The translations under genes and the position numbers were made by a program. From a virus (Duplodnaviria; Caudoviricetes), in the IMG/VR virus record IMGVR_UViG_3300049167_000224, positions 1 through 32,873 of that record: 32,873 nucleotides of DNA. The stretch is one strand, 5' to 3'. The notes beneath the pieces are model-generated. The model had not been told where the DNA came from. It did not search any database and was given only the letters and a program-made list of their open reading frames with translations. Of this stretch, positions 9,392-18,847 are shown one piece after another (the stretch's first letter is position 1; each line of letters starts with the position of its first letter).

Positions 9392-9717
9392 TTTATTTCC
9401 ACCTCAATATGATGGATCGTGGATTCATCTGCCCAAAATTCGTTTACTTTTGTAACTTCGTAGCTTTTATCATTACACGAAATCCTTGAACGCTCTACAG
9501 GTCGAATGAATGGAGTGGTGTAGCGATAATCGATGAATAGGATGGTGCTCCCCTCGTCATCATCCCGTATATTGGATCGAGCAATGGCGTTCTTTGGTTC
9601 TACCCTGACATATCGAATCGTTTGAGGTGGGAGAAATTTACTCCCATAGTCATCCTGAACGAATTCCTCATACGTAACAGCATGTAACAATAATTTTTTT
9701 GGTATCGGTTGAACCAT
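9388..9717 (-). CDS. Head-closure / minor capsid protein
   Basis: Neck-module position; C-terminal HHIEVEIK; ATG coupled to upstream stop. Confidence 0.72.
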   Translation of the reverse strand: MVQPIPKKLLLHAVTYEEFVQDDYGSKFLPPQTIRYVRVEPKNAIARSNIRDDDEGSTILFIDYRYTTPFIRPVERSRISCNDKSYEVTKVNEFWADESTIHHIEVEIK

Positions 9718-10133
9718 CAGCAATCACACCCCCGACCAGCAACCGTTATTCCTTGATACAGCAGACCTGTATTTTTTAAGTAATCCAAAGTTGTTGGACT
9801 AACTCTGTCTATATCTCGATTGTTAGAACTTGAACCACGACTGTAGCTGAATGATCCAACTGTCACGCTGTTATAGTCTCCTGATGTTCCTGCATTCAGT
9901 TCAGCAGTACCACCTTTCAGGATGTAATATTCCACTTGTGCAGCAGTTGCGTTTTTGATTAAATCCTGAACCAATGAAGGAAGGTTATCAAATCCTTTGC
10001 ATTGAATCTGATAACCTGTCAGCATGTCGATAAGATCAGAAGCACGTGAAATGTATTTATTTAAATCATCTGCACTAGCAGCAGACTCACCCATATAGAC
10101 ATTGTTGTAGTAGTCAGCGTCAATATAAGGCAT
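9717..10133 (-). CDS. Head-tail adaptor (A118 gp8-like)
   Basis: MPYID..YY, RASD.ID, ATAAQVEY, L..TGLLYQG motifs. Confidence 0.8.
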   Translation of the reverse strand: MPYIDADYYNNVYMGESAASADDLNKYISRASDLIDMLTGYQIQCKGFDNLPSLVQDLIKNATAAQVEYYILKGGTAELNAGTSGDYNSVTVGSFSYSRGSSSNNRDIDRVSPTTLDYLKNTGLLYQGITVAGRGCDC

Positions 10134-10134
10134 G

Positions 10135-10269
10135 TTAGGACTCCTTTTTGCTCGCTTTCTTTGGTTTCTCCTGCTCTTCTACCCGTTCATAGCCTTGGAG
10201 TTCTAATTCTTTGGCTAGGCTTTCTTCCACTCGTACAATCACATTCTCTTTTTTCATCATGACTAGCAT
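10135..10269 (-). CDS. 44-aa protein after capsid gene (MLVMMKKENVIVRVEESLAKELELQGYERVEEQEKPKKASKKES), not in ORF track
   Basis: SD AAAGGAGG; exactly fills capsid-adaptor gap. Confidence 0.75.
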   Translation of the reverse strand: MLVMMKKENVIVRVEESLAKELELQGYERVEEQEKPKKASKKES

Positions 10270-10284
10270 GGAATCCCTCCTTTA

Positions 10285-11172
10285 TTAAGGTGTAGCAGGT
10301 TTGGTATGAACAAAGATACCGTCTTTTTGATGCTCCAACACAAACAGATCATGATAGATACGATTTTGATACAGATATCCATCACCTTCGGTATGTTGTC
10401 CTGGTTGGAACAGATAGATAGCAGACAATTTTGCTTTTGCGATGATGGATGGCTTCGCAACAATCAAAAAGTTAATATCTAAGGCTCCAGCAGCAGGAAC
10501 AAACCCAGTTGTAAAATCAAAAGCAGTTTTGAAACGAGCATCATCCCATACTTCCACAATTTGAACGCCGTCAATGCTAGTAACACGAGATTCCAAACCA
10601 CTTGGTCCAATCGCCTGCATGTTGATGTTACGAGTGAAATCCTCCGCTCTTTCCAAGAGATCCATTACCTCAGAAGATACATATACGATGAGATTCCCTG
10701 GTCCATATTTCCGACGAGGTAAAATGTGCTGCTTCAATGTGCTGTATACATTTGCAGTTGTTAGTGCAGCAGATGCGGTATATGTTTCGGTAATCGCACG
10801 AGTAGCAATTTTAGAAAAACGATAAGCATCCATTTCAGGAGTAGCATGTTCGTTGGTAAATACTCGTGTGATATTTGCTGCACTCGCTGCCTGATTACTT
10901 TCGTCGACATCCGCACGATCTACAAAGAACTCCACATCTCGGTCAAAGCTGAGGGTGTAAGGCTCATGAGTAACTGTTACATCGCCTCTGTTAAATCCAC
11001 CATTACGAGAGTGCGTTTTATAACCAGACACAGCCACGTGAGGAACATGGAATGTTTTTGCATCCAACCAATTGACCTGTGGTGTTTCTAATGGTGCAGT
11101 TAATAATCCTTGCGTTAAAATTTGATCCAATTCTCTTTGATACTTTTCAGCATAGTTAATTGCGTTTGCCAT
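10285..11172 (-). CDS. Major capsid protein
   Basis: 295 aa after scaffold; DRDVEFFVD..DVDE, PEMDAYRFSK, YQNR.YHDLFV motifs. Confidence 0.9.
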   Translation of the reverse strand: MANAINYAEKYQRELDQILTQGLLTAPLETPQVNWLDAKTFHVPHVAVSGYKTHSRNGGFNRGDVTVTHEPYTLSFDRDVEFFVDRADVDESNQAASAANITRVFTNEHATPEMDAYRFSKIATRAITETYTASAALTTANVYSTLKQHILPRRKYGPGNLIVYVSSEVMDLLERAEDFTRNINMQAIGPSGLESRVTSIDGVQIVEVWDDARFKTAFDFTTGFVPAAGALDINFLIVAKPSIIAKAKLSAIYLFQPGQHTEGDGYLYQNRIYHDLFVLEHQKDGIFVHTKPATP

Positions 11173-11187
11173 TTATAAACCTCCTAA

Positions 11188-11763
11188 TTATTTCTTACCT
11201 AGCAAGGCACTGACAAAAGAATCGCCTTCGCTGGTACTCTTGGAATGCTGACCAGTGGTAAAAGTGGGCTTCTTTTCTTCCATTGCTTCTTGTTGTTGTT
11301 TGAAGTGAGGATATTTTTCTACTACCTTCTCGATAGCTTGGTTGATATCCATTTCATCGTTTACAAGCGATTTCGCAAGCGTTACAACATCGCTCACATA
11401 GTCGCTGTTTACTCCTGCTTGCATAGCTGTAATCTGTGCCTTGAGAGTGGCATTTTCATCGCTGGTCATAGTGTAATCATTCTGTAACTTCTGGAGCTGC
11501 TCTGTTTGCTTCTCCGCCTCTGTCTTCTGCGAATCCTGCCATTCTTTGTACTTCGCAATACCTTCTTTGACATTGGAAAAATTGTCAAATCCAAGGGACT
11601 TTAAAAACTTCTCTTGAGCTTTCTTTGCTTCTTTAGCAGCAATGGAATTGACTTCATCTTGTGTAAATGTTTTTACTTCCACTTGTTCAGTGGATTCATT
11701 TTGTGGAACTTCAGGAGTAACCGCCTGATCGGTTGTAGTTTGTGGGTTTACTTCTTCATTCAT
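11188..11763 (-). CDS. Capsid scaffolding protein
   Basis: Acidic coiled coil, KTFTQDEVN motif, upstream of capsid gene. Confidence 0.85.
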   Translation of the reverse strand: MNEEVNPQTTTDQAVTPEVPQNESTEQVEVKTFTQDEVNSIAAKEAKKAQEKFLKSLGFDNFSNVKEGIAKYKEWQDSQKTEAEKQTEQLQKLQNDYTMTSDENATLKAQITAMQAGVNSDYVSDVVTLAKSLVNDEMDINQAIEKVVEKYPHFKQQQEAMEEKKPTFTTGQHSKSTSEGDSFVSALLGKK

Positions 11764-11843
11764 CGTTAAATCCTCCCAAATGGGTAATCACTTCTGTTTT
11801 GTTTATGGCGCCCACTACAGATAACGGGCATAATAAATAGCCA

Positions 11844-12950
11844 CTATGGAGTGACTATTTGCTCTCTGTTTCGGCGACGTGTACGACCAGATTCATTTAT
11901 AAATTGACGCATTTTCGATTGTCGCTGTCTTACCTTTGATTTTGATTGATCAATGCCTTCTTGATCTCCTAGCTCTTCCATCATGAGCAACTCTGTTTTT
12001 GCTTTGCGAATATCCCTTTCCAGTTTCCGTTGCACCTGCGACTGCTGGTATATCTCATCGTTTTCTTTTTTTGGATATATGTTGTATGTTTCTCTAGAAA
12101 TGCCTTGAATATAGGGATACTGAACATGACCACAATTGATACCAAACAAACCTGCAGGTTGACCGATACTCGTAGAAGACAATGCTGGAAATCTGCCATG
12201 CTGACCGCTACGACTAAATATTTTCCCCTGGTAGGGTGCACACAGCGGACGAGAACCAATATGGCTGCTGATTTCTACCAGATCCACATCCCATGAATCA
12301 AAGCGAGTATCTTGCATCTCGTTGGTCACTTGGTTGCTGGTTGTACGAATCACCATTCCAACATAAGCTTCCGTGGACCATCTTCTCCCTCTTCGATCAA
12401 TCAAAGCTGGAATTCCATGATCTGCCCATTGTTTGATTGTCGATCGTAGTGCCTGATGTGGTGTCATATTACCAGCCAGTATCTCGGATACTGTCTTAGT
12501 GATGATATCTCGGTAAATTTGCTCTGTCTGTTGGAGTATGGTTGCATGTGTTAGTTTCAAAATCTCAGAAACTCGCTGATCCGTAACAGATAGTAGATTA
12601 TTGATAATCGGATCACTAGGAGGTATTGTTGGTTCGGTAAGCGTTGCACCTTGTTCCAAAGCATCGTTTAATATTGCCTCATTTTCTTCGATACCTTTGA
12701 ATCCAATCTTCTTGATTGCTTCTAATGCTCTTGCTACAGCAGTTGCAGCATTCAGGGTAATAATTCGGTTACTTGCTTGGCTCAGTCGTTGGATTTGACT
12801 TAGTTTCTTCTGCTGCCACTCCAATATATTTGCCTCGAGTAAATCCTCATCGCCTTTTAGCAACTTGGCGATATATTCAAGCAGTCTGTTTTGGATATCC
12901 AGATAAATATCAACAACCCATTGCACCAATCGTTGGATGAATTCATTCAT
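11844..12950 (-). CDS. Phage minor capsid protein (Phage_min_cap2-like)
   Basis: DRRGRRW, SSH.GSRPLCAPYQGK, GLFGINCGH, QRKLERDIRK motifs. Confidence 0.88.
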   Translation of the reverse strand: MNEFIQRLVQWVVDIYLDIQNRLLEYIAKLLKGDEDLLEANILEWQQKKLSQIQRLSQASNRIITLNAATAVARALEAIKKIGFKGIEENEAILNDALEQGATLTEPTIPPSDPIINNLLSVTDQRVSEILKLTHATILQQTEQIYRDIITKTVSEILAGNMTPHQALRSTIKQWADHGIPALIDRRGRRWSTEAYVGMVIRTTSNQVTNEMQDTRFDSWDVDLVEISSHIGSRPLCAPYQGKIFSRSGQHGRFPALSSTSIGQPAGLFGINCGHVQYPYIQGISRETYNIYPKKENDEIYQQSQVQRKLERDIRKAKTELLMMEELGDQEGIDQSKSKVRQRQSKMRQFINESGRTRRRNREQIVTP

Positions 12951-14440
12951 TAGCCACCAACACCAAACATCTCGACATCATCGGGATTCATCGATTTATC
13001 CTCTTCGGTTCTCTCTGCAATCATCTCTGTTGCCTGTTCTTCTGTAAGTCCCAGTGTTTTCATGAGCGTAAATACTTTGGAAGTTAATCCCGTGTTATAG
13101 AAAGTAAGATAATAGCTTTGCTCCTCTTTTTTATCGACGGTGATAGAGTCATCGAATTCAATGCTAACTTCCACATCGGGAGGAACGACAAATAAGTTAT
13201 ACAGCTGTGCCACTTCTCCGATCGTAGTGATCAGTTGCTTGATTCCTTCTTCTACGATGATCTCATGACTGGTGACAGTGCGAAATGTCTTGGAGTTTTC
13301 ACTCACAACTTCCGTAGCTGTTTTTAACCCCTGCGAATCAAAGGTAAACGAACCAGAGCTAAAGCCTAACTGCATCGCCAATATTTCCAGCAATGCATTG
13401 ATACCTGCAATGTGCTCCTCTACTCGAAGTTCCACACTGTTATCGATAATCTTTTGATTATCCACCGTATCGAATTTAAATGCTTGGTAGACTTCATCAG
13501 AAGGATCGAAGTATCGTTTCACACATCCATCATTCGGATCCACAACTGTCTTGATTGCAGTATCCGGAACAATGATTCGTTTCTTCCCTAATTTGAATTC
13601 GTTTATTAGGGAATCAAACGCAACATCCAATGCCTTTAACGTATCCATCGCATTGGCAAAGATCGAAATTCCTAATGGGCTTTGCATATCAAAGTTATTT
13701 GCTAGATTCGGCTTAAAATAAATAAACAACGGTCTACTTAAACCGCTGATAGTTGTTACTTCTTCTACATCTGGATAAAGGATAGATAAAGCTACTTTGA
13801 CACCTAGCTCATGAGAAGTATCGGATTCATACAGCTCATTGGTAATGGTGTAATTCAATCCGCTCCATGTATGCCATTCCAGATGCGTATAATATTTGTC
13901 TCGTTTTCTGGATGTATGGACAAAGATACCTTCTGTAATATGACCATTGGAATAGCTCAATGGAATGAAACAATCAGCTGTAACGTAACTCAATTTGATT
14001 TGTGGTGTACCTTGCTGGTCTATCTCGGCAAATACTTTGACCACCATACCGCCCATGGAAAACATGTACTCCAAGTAATCCTGAAACTGCTTATAAAAGT
14101 CGTTTCGTTTGAATACATGGTGAATTTCCTCTTGATAAGCATCAGGGGAGGTATTGATATTCACCTTCTCGTTAAATACCAAACGGGCTAATTCTTCGGA
14201 TACATTCTTCGCCATTCGCAATGTGTTCATTTTGCGTTTCTTTTGCCCTTCAATGGTCACATAATGGACATCATGCCAATCTTTGTAATAGCCCTGATAG
14301 ATGCATTTCCACACTTCGATGAGCGAGTAGAACTCATCATCCATGAGAATATCATCCAAAGAACTAACCGATTTTATATTCTGGATCAGTCCCATCTTTT
14401 GAAACCACCTCCTCACAGCAGCTCGTATTTTGCTCCACAT
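12950..14440 (-). CDS. Portal protein (A118/SPP1-like)
   Basis: SPLGISIFANA, KTATEVVSENS, FDDSI motifs; start may be GTG 14449 or ATG 14440. Confidence 0.92.
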   Translation of the reverse strand: MWSKIRAAVRRWFQKMGLIQNIKSVSSLDDILMDDEFYSLIEVWKCIYQGYYKDWHDVHYVTIEGQKKRKMNTLRMAKNVSEELARLVFNEKVNINTSPDAYQEEIHHVFKRNDFYKQFQDYLEYMFSMGGMVVKVFAEIDQQGTPQIKLSYVTADCFIPLSYSNGHITEGIFVHTSRKRDKYYTHLEWHTWSGLNYTITNELYESDTSHELGVKVALSILYPDVEEVTTISGLSRPLFIYFKPNLANNFDMQSPLGISIFANAMDTLKALDVAFDSLINEFKLGKKRIIVPDTAIKTVVDPNDGCVKRYFDPSDEVYQAFKFDTVDNQKIIDNSVELRVEEHIAGINALLEILAMQLGFSSGSFTFDSQGLKTATEVVSENSKTFRTVTSHEIIVEEGIKQLITTIGEVAQLYNLFVVPPDVEVSIEFDDSITVDKKEEQSYYLTFYNTGLTSKVFTLMKTLGLTEEQATEMIAERTEEDKSMNPDDVEMFGVGG

Positions 14441-14450
14441 GATCCACACC

Positions 14451-15719
14451 TCAAATCTTATATCGTCTCACAAAGTAATTGACTGCATAGCGGAATTCAT
14501 CCATCGAGTGGTTCCAATCGTCCACGGGCTTTCCTGTTGTCTCGTTACGACAATACATCCCCACTTCTTTGATAAAGTCGTAGTGATCAAATTTATCTGT
14601 TTCGATGAGAAAGAACTGTCCATCATTTAACATACTCTGTGCCCGTTCGATCCCCACCTCGATACCCTTCACGCTGCCTTTGATATCATGAGCATTGTTA
14701 TCTGCTGTTCGAGTATCAATGCCGATCAGATGCAGCTCTTCCCGTAAAGATTTACAAGCAGGATCTACAAAAAATTCACTGTACATCATCTCGTATTTCT
14801 TCCTGCACCACTTTACAAAGGATTGGATTTCCCTGGCATAAATACTCATCGCTTTTGTTTGTCCCGTTTCCTTCCCACTGTGATAATAATGTGCAACTCG
14901 ATTCAAACGAAACTTCCCCTCATAACGAGTGACAATGTTACAACTCACGCTGGTAGCATCTGATTGTCCACCATCTGCACTGAAATACATCTCATAGGGT
15001 TTACCCAGTAAAGAAGGTGCAATATGTGTATCCATATCAAACATGCTGTATATAACCCCTTCAGGCATCACACGCTGACCCAACCAATCCCGTTTATACA
15101 AATAGGGATTCTTTTCTAGTGTTGATTTGATCTCCGCTTTCCGTTCTTCACTGATAATGGGATTGTCTCGGATGCTCCAATGTTTCCATCGTGTGTATTG
15201 CACCTCGAACACTTCTTTGATGACCGGATGATTGGGAGCAGGTGGGTTGAGATCCGCAAGGTGATAACGCATTTTGGCTGCAAAGGTACGACGAAAACAT
15301 TCTTGCACCATATCAGGATGAAGGAGATTAATCTCACAAAAAACCACACTTCCTAATGACATCCCTGTGATAGCTTTGACACTATCTACTTTGCCCCCGC
15401 CTTTGTAATAGACCTTCTTTAATCCGGTTGGGGTATGGATCTCCAAGTGATCCCCTAGTCGATCGCTTTTTGGCTTAGCGAGATCCCCGAAGATATGCAG
15501 TAACCCAGTTCCATCACCATCCACAAACAGGCGGTAGGATTGTTCTTGGTTATATGCAACGATCAAGTGATTCTCATCTGGTGTAACCGTCAAATAATAA
15601 GCAAATCGAAAATGACCTGCAGTTGTCTTTCCAGATCGTGGAGTTCCTTCGTTCACTTCCAAAGTGTGACTGAATGGAGCTCGAATAATTTCCTTTTGCT
15701 TTGGTGAAAACTCAATCAT
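14451..15719 (-). CDS. terL: Terminase large subunit
   Basis: Walker A GTPRSGKT, Walker B VVFCE, nuclease DGG and H.MDE.RY motifs. Confidence 0.93.
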   Translation of the reverse strand: MIEFSPKQKEIIRAPFSHTLEVNEGTPRSGKTTAGHFRFAYYLTVTPDENHLIVAYNQEQSYRLFVDGDGTGLLHIFGDLAKPKSDRLGDHLEIHTPTGLKKVYYKGGGKVDSVKAITGMSLGSVVFCEINLLHPDMVQECFRRTFAAKMRYHLADLNPPAPNHPVIKEVFEVQYTRWKHWSIRDNPIISEERKAEIKSTLEKNPYLYKRDWLGQRVMPEGVIYSMFDMDTHIAPSLLGKPYEMYFSADGGQSDATSVSCNIVTRYEGKFRLNRVAHYYHSGKETGQTKAMSIYAREIQSFVKWCRKKYEMMYSEFFVDPACKSLREELHLIGIDTRTADNNAHDIKGSVKGIEVGIERAQSMLNDGQFFLIETDKFDHYDFIKEVGMYCRNETTGKPVDDWNHSMDEFRYAVNYFVRRYKI

Positions 15720-16188
15720 CCTCTTTCACCGCTTTGATCAATGCTTCCATGAGAGAAGTGTCCTTCGACACACCTTGGAGAAGTTTGGTCTTCTCCTTGA
15801 TATGCTCGGTCTCTGCCCTGGTCTTATCCAGACTAGCAACAACGTTGAATCGTTTCATCAAACTATCAATAGCCTTTATCCTCTGGTTGATGTCTGCCTC
15901 TTTGGTTTCCTTCTTGCCTGAAGGAGTTACTACGGTTTCCGTAGCTTCACCACGAGCAATACTGGTCAATAACTCCAATGCTTCGTCTGCGTCCATGATA
16001 CGCCTATCTTCATTTGATTTCAGACGCTCGTTTATATATGTTTTAATACTAAGTTTTTCTAAGTTTTGACTACCTTGCACATTCGGTTTTTTATAACCAG
16101 CACGCTTCGCTGCATCTGAAGCATTACCAGTCTCAATATAGTAATCACAAAAAGCCTTCTGTTTTGGTGTCAGTTTCACATGAATCAC
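15712..16188 (-). CDS. terS: Terminase small subunit
   Basis: LTPKQKAFCDYYIETGNA..AA.RAGY Terminase_2 signature; start may be GTG 16179. Confidence 0.93.
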   Translation of the reverse strand: MIHVKLTPKQKAFCDYYIETGNASDAAKRAGYKKPNVQGSQNLEKLSIKTYINERLKSNEDRRIMDADEALELLTSIARGEATETVVTPSGKKETKEADINQRIKAIDSLMKRFNVVASLDKTRAETEHIKEKTKLLQGVSKDTSLMEALIKAVKEDD

Positions 16189-16215
16189 CCACCTCCGATT
16201 GCAAAATAAAAAAGT

Positions 16216-16938
16216 CTACTCATTTGGCTTATGAATCTTGTTTTGTGGATTCGCTAAGTATGCATTGAATTGAGCATATACAGAATGATAACCAATTGCG
16301 TAAGCTCCACTTACAGGATTCCATGCTTCGTAACATCTGGCTGCTCTTTTAATCTTATCTTTCTGTGCTGTTGTAGCTGTATAAATGCTACCTGGTCGAC
16401 TTAGAGCCCAATCAGATCGAGCAATATAGAATCTCGCATCGGTCACAATTCCAGCGTTGTACAACTCTAATAATGCCTGTCCGCTATATTTATGAGAATC
16501 GCTTGTATCGTGATAACTCATTGCTTTGTAAGATACTCCTGCTGTTCCATATTCATTTACATATTCCATCATGAGCGCTTTTACTGAATCTTTTGTAACT
16601 GGATCACCTTCTGAATCTATAGCCCGTAAATGTATATTCTCCGGTGGAACTCCTAGTTGCCCTAATGCGGATTGAAATTCTCTATTTCTAGCTGCAGAAA
16701 AATCATCATCGGTTAATTCTGTATATCCTTCTAAATATGGGTTATGTGCTGTTCCCCAATATGCGGATGTTCCGTCACCAATGAGTACATCTTGGACAAA
16801 AGAACCTTTCCCAGAAGTGTAGAGAACTACTATTACCTCTCGTCCTGCTACTAGGTGATTCAAAATATCAATAGCTGCCTGTAGGGTTTCATCATCTTGA
16901 TGAGGTATAAAGAATATTGCTGGACCTAACATCAACAT
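16216..16938 (-). CDS. PIG-L/LmbE-family deacetylase
   Basis: PHQDDE metal-binding motif, R..EF..AL..LGV, H....SH. Confidence 0.85.
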   Translation of the reverse strand: MLMLGPAIFFIPHQDDETLQAAIDILNHLVAGREVIVVLYTSGKGSFVQDVLIGDGTSAYWGTAHNPYLEGYTELTDDDFSAARNREFQSALGQLGVPPENIHLRAIDSEGDPVTKDSVKALMMEYVNEYGTAGVSYKAMSYHDTSDSHKYSGQALLELYNAGIVTDARFYIARSDWALSRPGSIYTATTAQKDKIKRAARCYEAWNPVSGAYAIGYHSVYAQFNAYLANPQNKIHKPNE

Positions 16939-16960
16939 CGTCCTTTCGGATTTTGAGTAT

Positions 16961-16992
16961 AAAAAAACACCACTCAGTATTTGAGAGGCGTT
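16961..16992 (-). terminator. Intrinsic terminator after 229-aa moron gene
   Basis: AACGCCTCTCA-AATAC-TGAGTGGTGTT then T-run. Confidence 0.65.
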
Positions 16993-17035
16993 TGAAAATC
17001 ACTTTCATAAATTGTCCCTAAAAACTATACATTTA

Positions 17036-17725
17036 TTATTGAACTCTTTTAAATGTAAATTTTCTTCGACCATCATCTACTTTTTCCACTAAACCTGATT
17101 GTAATAAGAATGTTCCTATACCTCGTATGACACTTAACTCTACTTTTGTTACATCCAAATAGATTTTAGATAATAAATCTATTAAAGAAAATTGGTCTCC
17201 TATTTTATAATCAATTTGCACCAATTTCTTTATCCTATACAAGGAATTTGGATTAGCAAAAATCTTGCTATTTAACACATTTATTTCACGATCTAACTGT
17301 TCTTGTGCATTTTTCAATTTCCTTTGTACTGTCTCAGGAACATCTTTTTCATCGCTAATTGAGTCAATTGATATTGAGATGGAATTCAATGTACTTAGCA
17401 TCGATTCTTGACTAGATTTAAACTCTGAAATATCTCCTCTTATCGCCATCAATTCATCTACTCTTTGACTAATTTTATGTAATGTTTCTTGAACAATAAC
17501 ATTTTGAGACGAAGATTCTTTAGTTTGAAAAAATGCATATATCATAGCCACTACAGCTAGAATAATTGAAGCAATACTTGAAGCAAATGATATTTGGTCA
17601 ACTAAAATTTTAGAATCTGAGTACTTCCATACAATAACAGCCACTAAGATAGAAACTAAGTAAATAATTGAGAACCCATAGTATAAATCCTTCTTTTCTA
17701 ACTTTTTATTATTATCTTTATTCAC
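17036..17725 (-). CDS. AT-rich moron membrane protein (2 TM, coiled coil, possible C-terminal winged helix)
   Basis: Two hydrophobic helices at residues ~15-66; own SD GGGAGG, promoter and terminator. Confidence 0.75.
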   Translation of the reverse strand: MNKDNNKKLEKKDLYYGFSIIYLVSILVAVIVWKYSDSKILVDQISFASSIASIILAVVAMIYAFFQTKESSSQNVIVQETLHKISQRVDELMAIRGDISEFKSSQESMLSTLNSISISIDSISDEKDVPETVQRKLKNAQEQLDREINVLNSKIFANPNSLYRIKKLVQIDYKIGDQFSLIDLLSKIYLDVTKVELSVIRGIGTFLLQSGLVEKVDDGRRKFTFKRVQ

Positions 17726-17751
17726 TTTGTAAAACCTCCCACCTACTACTT

Positions 17752-17778
17752 ATTCGGCAAAAGGTTTTATTTCCCTAC
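17752..17778 (-). promoter_or_regulatory. SigH-like promoter for the 229-aa moron
   Basis: GTAGGGAAA-N11-GCCGAAT versus SigH consensus RnAGGAwWW-N11-12-RnnGAAT. Confidence 0.5.
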
Positions 17779-17940
17779 ACAACAGATATCTACAATTTAG
17801 TAAACCACTCTAACAAGTGGCAATTACTATGTATTTAATATCTGAGCTATCCAGTAAGATTAAACCATGAATACCAAATGCCCAATACAGGTTATTCAGA
17901 TAATTAAGTAGAATCTAGTAATATAACAGGAGGTGTGCAC

Positions 17941-17973
17941 ATGGATTTAATTTTTAGTGATTTAATCAAATAA
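17941..17973 (+). CDS. 10-aa micro-ORF MDLIFSDLIK
   Basis: AGGAGGT SD 6 nt upstream; 35 nt before the DUF6173-like gene. Confidence 0.35.
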   Translation: MDLIFSDLIK

Positions 17974-18008
17974 AAACTCAATATATTTCAAATCAAGGAG
18001 AGGAACAA

Positions 18009-18380
18009 ATGTCAGATTCATTTAATTTTTCAGTACCTAATTTACCGATAGAGAAACTTAAAACCATAAATCAACAAAATTTAGCAGACCAATTTCAAAA
18101 AAGACTGCTAGAAATGGTATATGACTTTGAGTCAAATCTCGACCAAGAACATGAGGTAGGAATGAGACTTGTTTCATTTGGTCAGACTGTATCTTTTCAT
18201 GTAAATGATATCGGATACTATAACCCTAGTCTAATTACCTTCTCAGGAATTCTTGAAAACGGCAGTCCAGTAGAACTTATACAACACGTTAGCCAAATTA
18301 GTTTTCTATTAATGTCTGTTCCTAAATTAGATCCTGAGAAACCACCTAAAAGAATAGGTTTTGTTCAAAAAGAAGACTAG
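18009..18380 (+). CDS. DUF6173-like hypothetical protein
   Basis: EVGMRLVSFG, IGYYNPSLITF.G, ELIQHVSQISFLL, C-terminal RIGF; SD GAGG. Confidence 0.78.
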   Translation: MSDSFNFSVPNLPIEKLKTINQQNLADQFQKRLLEMVYDFESNLDQEHEVGMRLVSFGQTVSFHVNDIGYYNPSLITFSGILENGSPVELIQHVSQISFLLMSVPKLDPEKPPKRIGFVQKED

Positions 18381-18416
18381 CACTTCGAATTATATCTCCA
18401 GATATGATGTTTTATC

Positions 18417-18466
18417 AAAAAAAGTAGCAAGAGCGACTAGGTTTTTATCCCTAATCGCCCCTGCTA
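18417..18466 (-). terminator. Strong intrinsic terminator just downstream of late promoter copy 1
   Basis: 17-bp stem TAGCAGGGGCGATTAGG/CCTAGTCGCTCTTGCTA (G-U pairs valid only on minus strand) then C-T7. Confidence 0.8.
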
Positions 18467-18501
18467 TACCGAGGAGTTAAATGTTAAATCTGCTTGATAC
18501 C

Positions 18502-18551
18502 ATCATAACATGGATAAATCAAGACGTTAGTGTACTCTTAGTGTACTGTTT
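18502..18551 (-). promoter_or_regulatory. Putative late promoter: AGTACAC direct repeats (11-bp period) plus extended -10 TG-T-TATGAT
   Basis: AGTACACTAAG-AGTACACTAAC replacing a -35, as in RinA/Ltr-type activated late promoters. Confidence 0.65.
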
Positions 18552-18636
18552 GCCCTCTTAAACAAACCATGTTTTCTAACACTATATATAAATATGACGA
18601 CATTTAAGACATGCTTTCCTTTTATAGAATGATCTA

Positions 18637-18744
18637 GCCATTATTTCAAGAAGTACCTTTATAGCGATTAGGTTGTGACTGACCGAATCATCATTGAGTG
18701 AATCCGGTCAGTCATTGCCTGATGACTAGACGTCAGGGCTTTTT
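18637..18744 (+). ncRNA. Candidate structured small RNA (boundaries approximate)
   Basis: Stem TGACTGACCG/CGGTCAGTCA (18676-18714), hairpin CCTGATG/CGTCAGG plus T5 (18718-18744), -10-like TAGAAT at 18625. Confidence 0.35.
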
Positions 18745-18766
18745 ATGAGGATCGAGCCGACGAGGC

Positions 18767-18847
18767 TTACTCTTCCTTCTTCTGTTCATCGTCCTTCTTG
18801 TCTTTTTTCTTCTCCGGCCAAGTGCTGTTGAAAAGAAGAAATGTCAT
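18767..18847 (-). CDS. Small peptide MTFLLFNSTWPEKKKDKKDDEQKKEE (26 aa; alternative TTG start at 18967 gives 66 aa)
   Basis: AAAAGGGT SD-like sequence 4 nt upstream; TG-T-TAAGAT extended -10 upstream. Confidence 0.4.
   Translation of the reverse strand: MTFLLFNSTWPEKKKDKKDDEQKKEE

Noticed and set aside
10263-10463. Frameshift extension of major capsid protein
   Set aside because: Alternative frame ends ~20 nt past the capsid stop and adds no Ig-like domain
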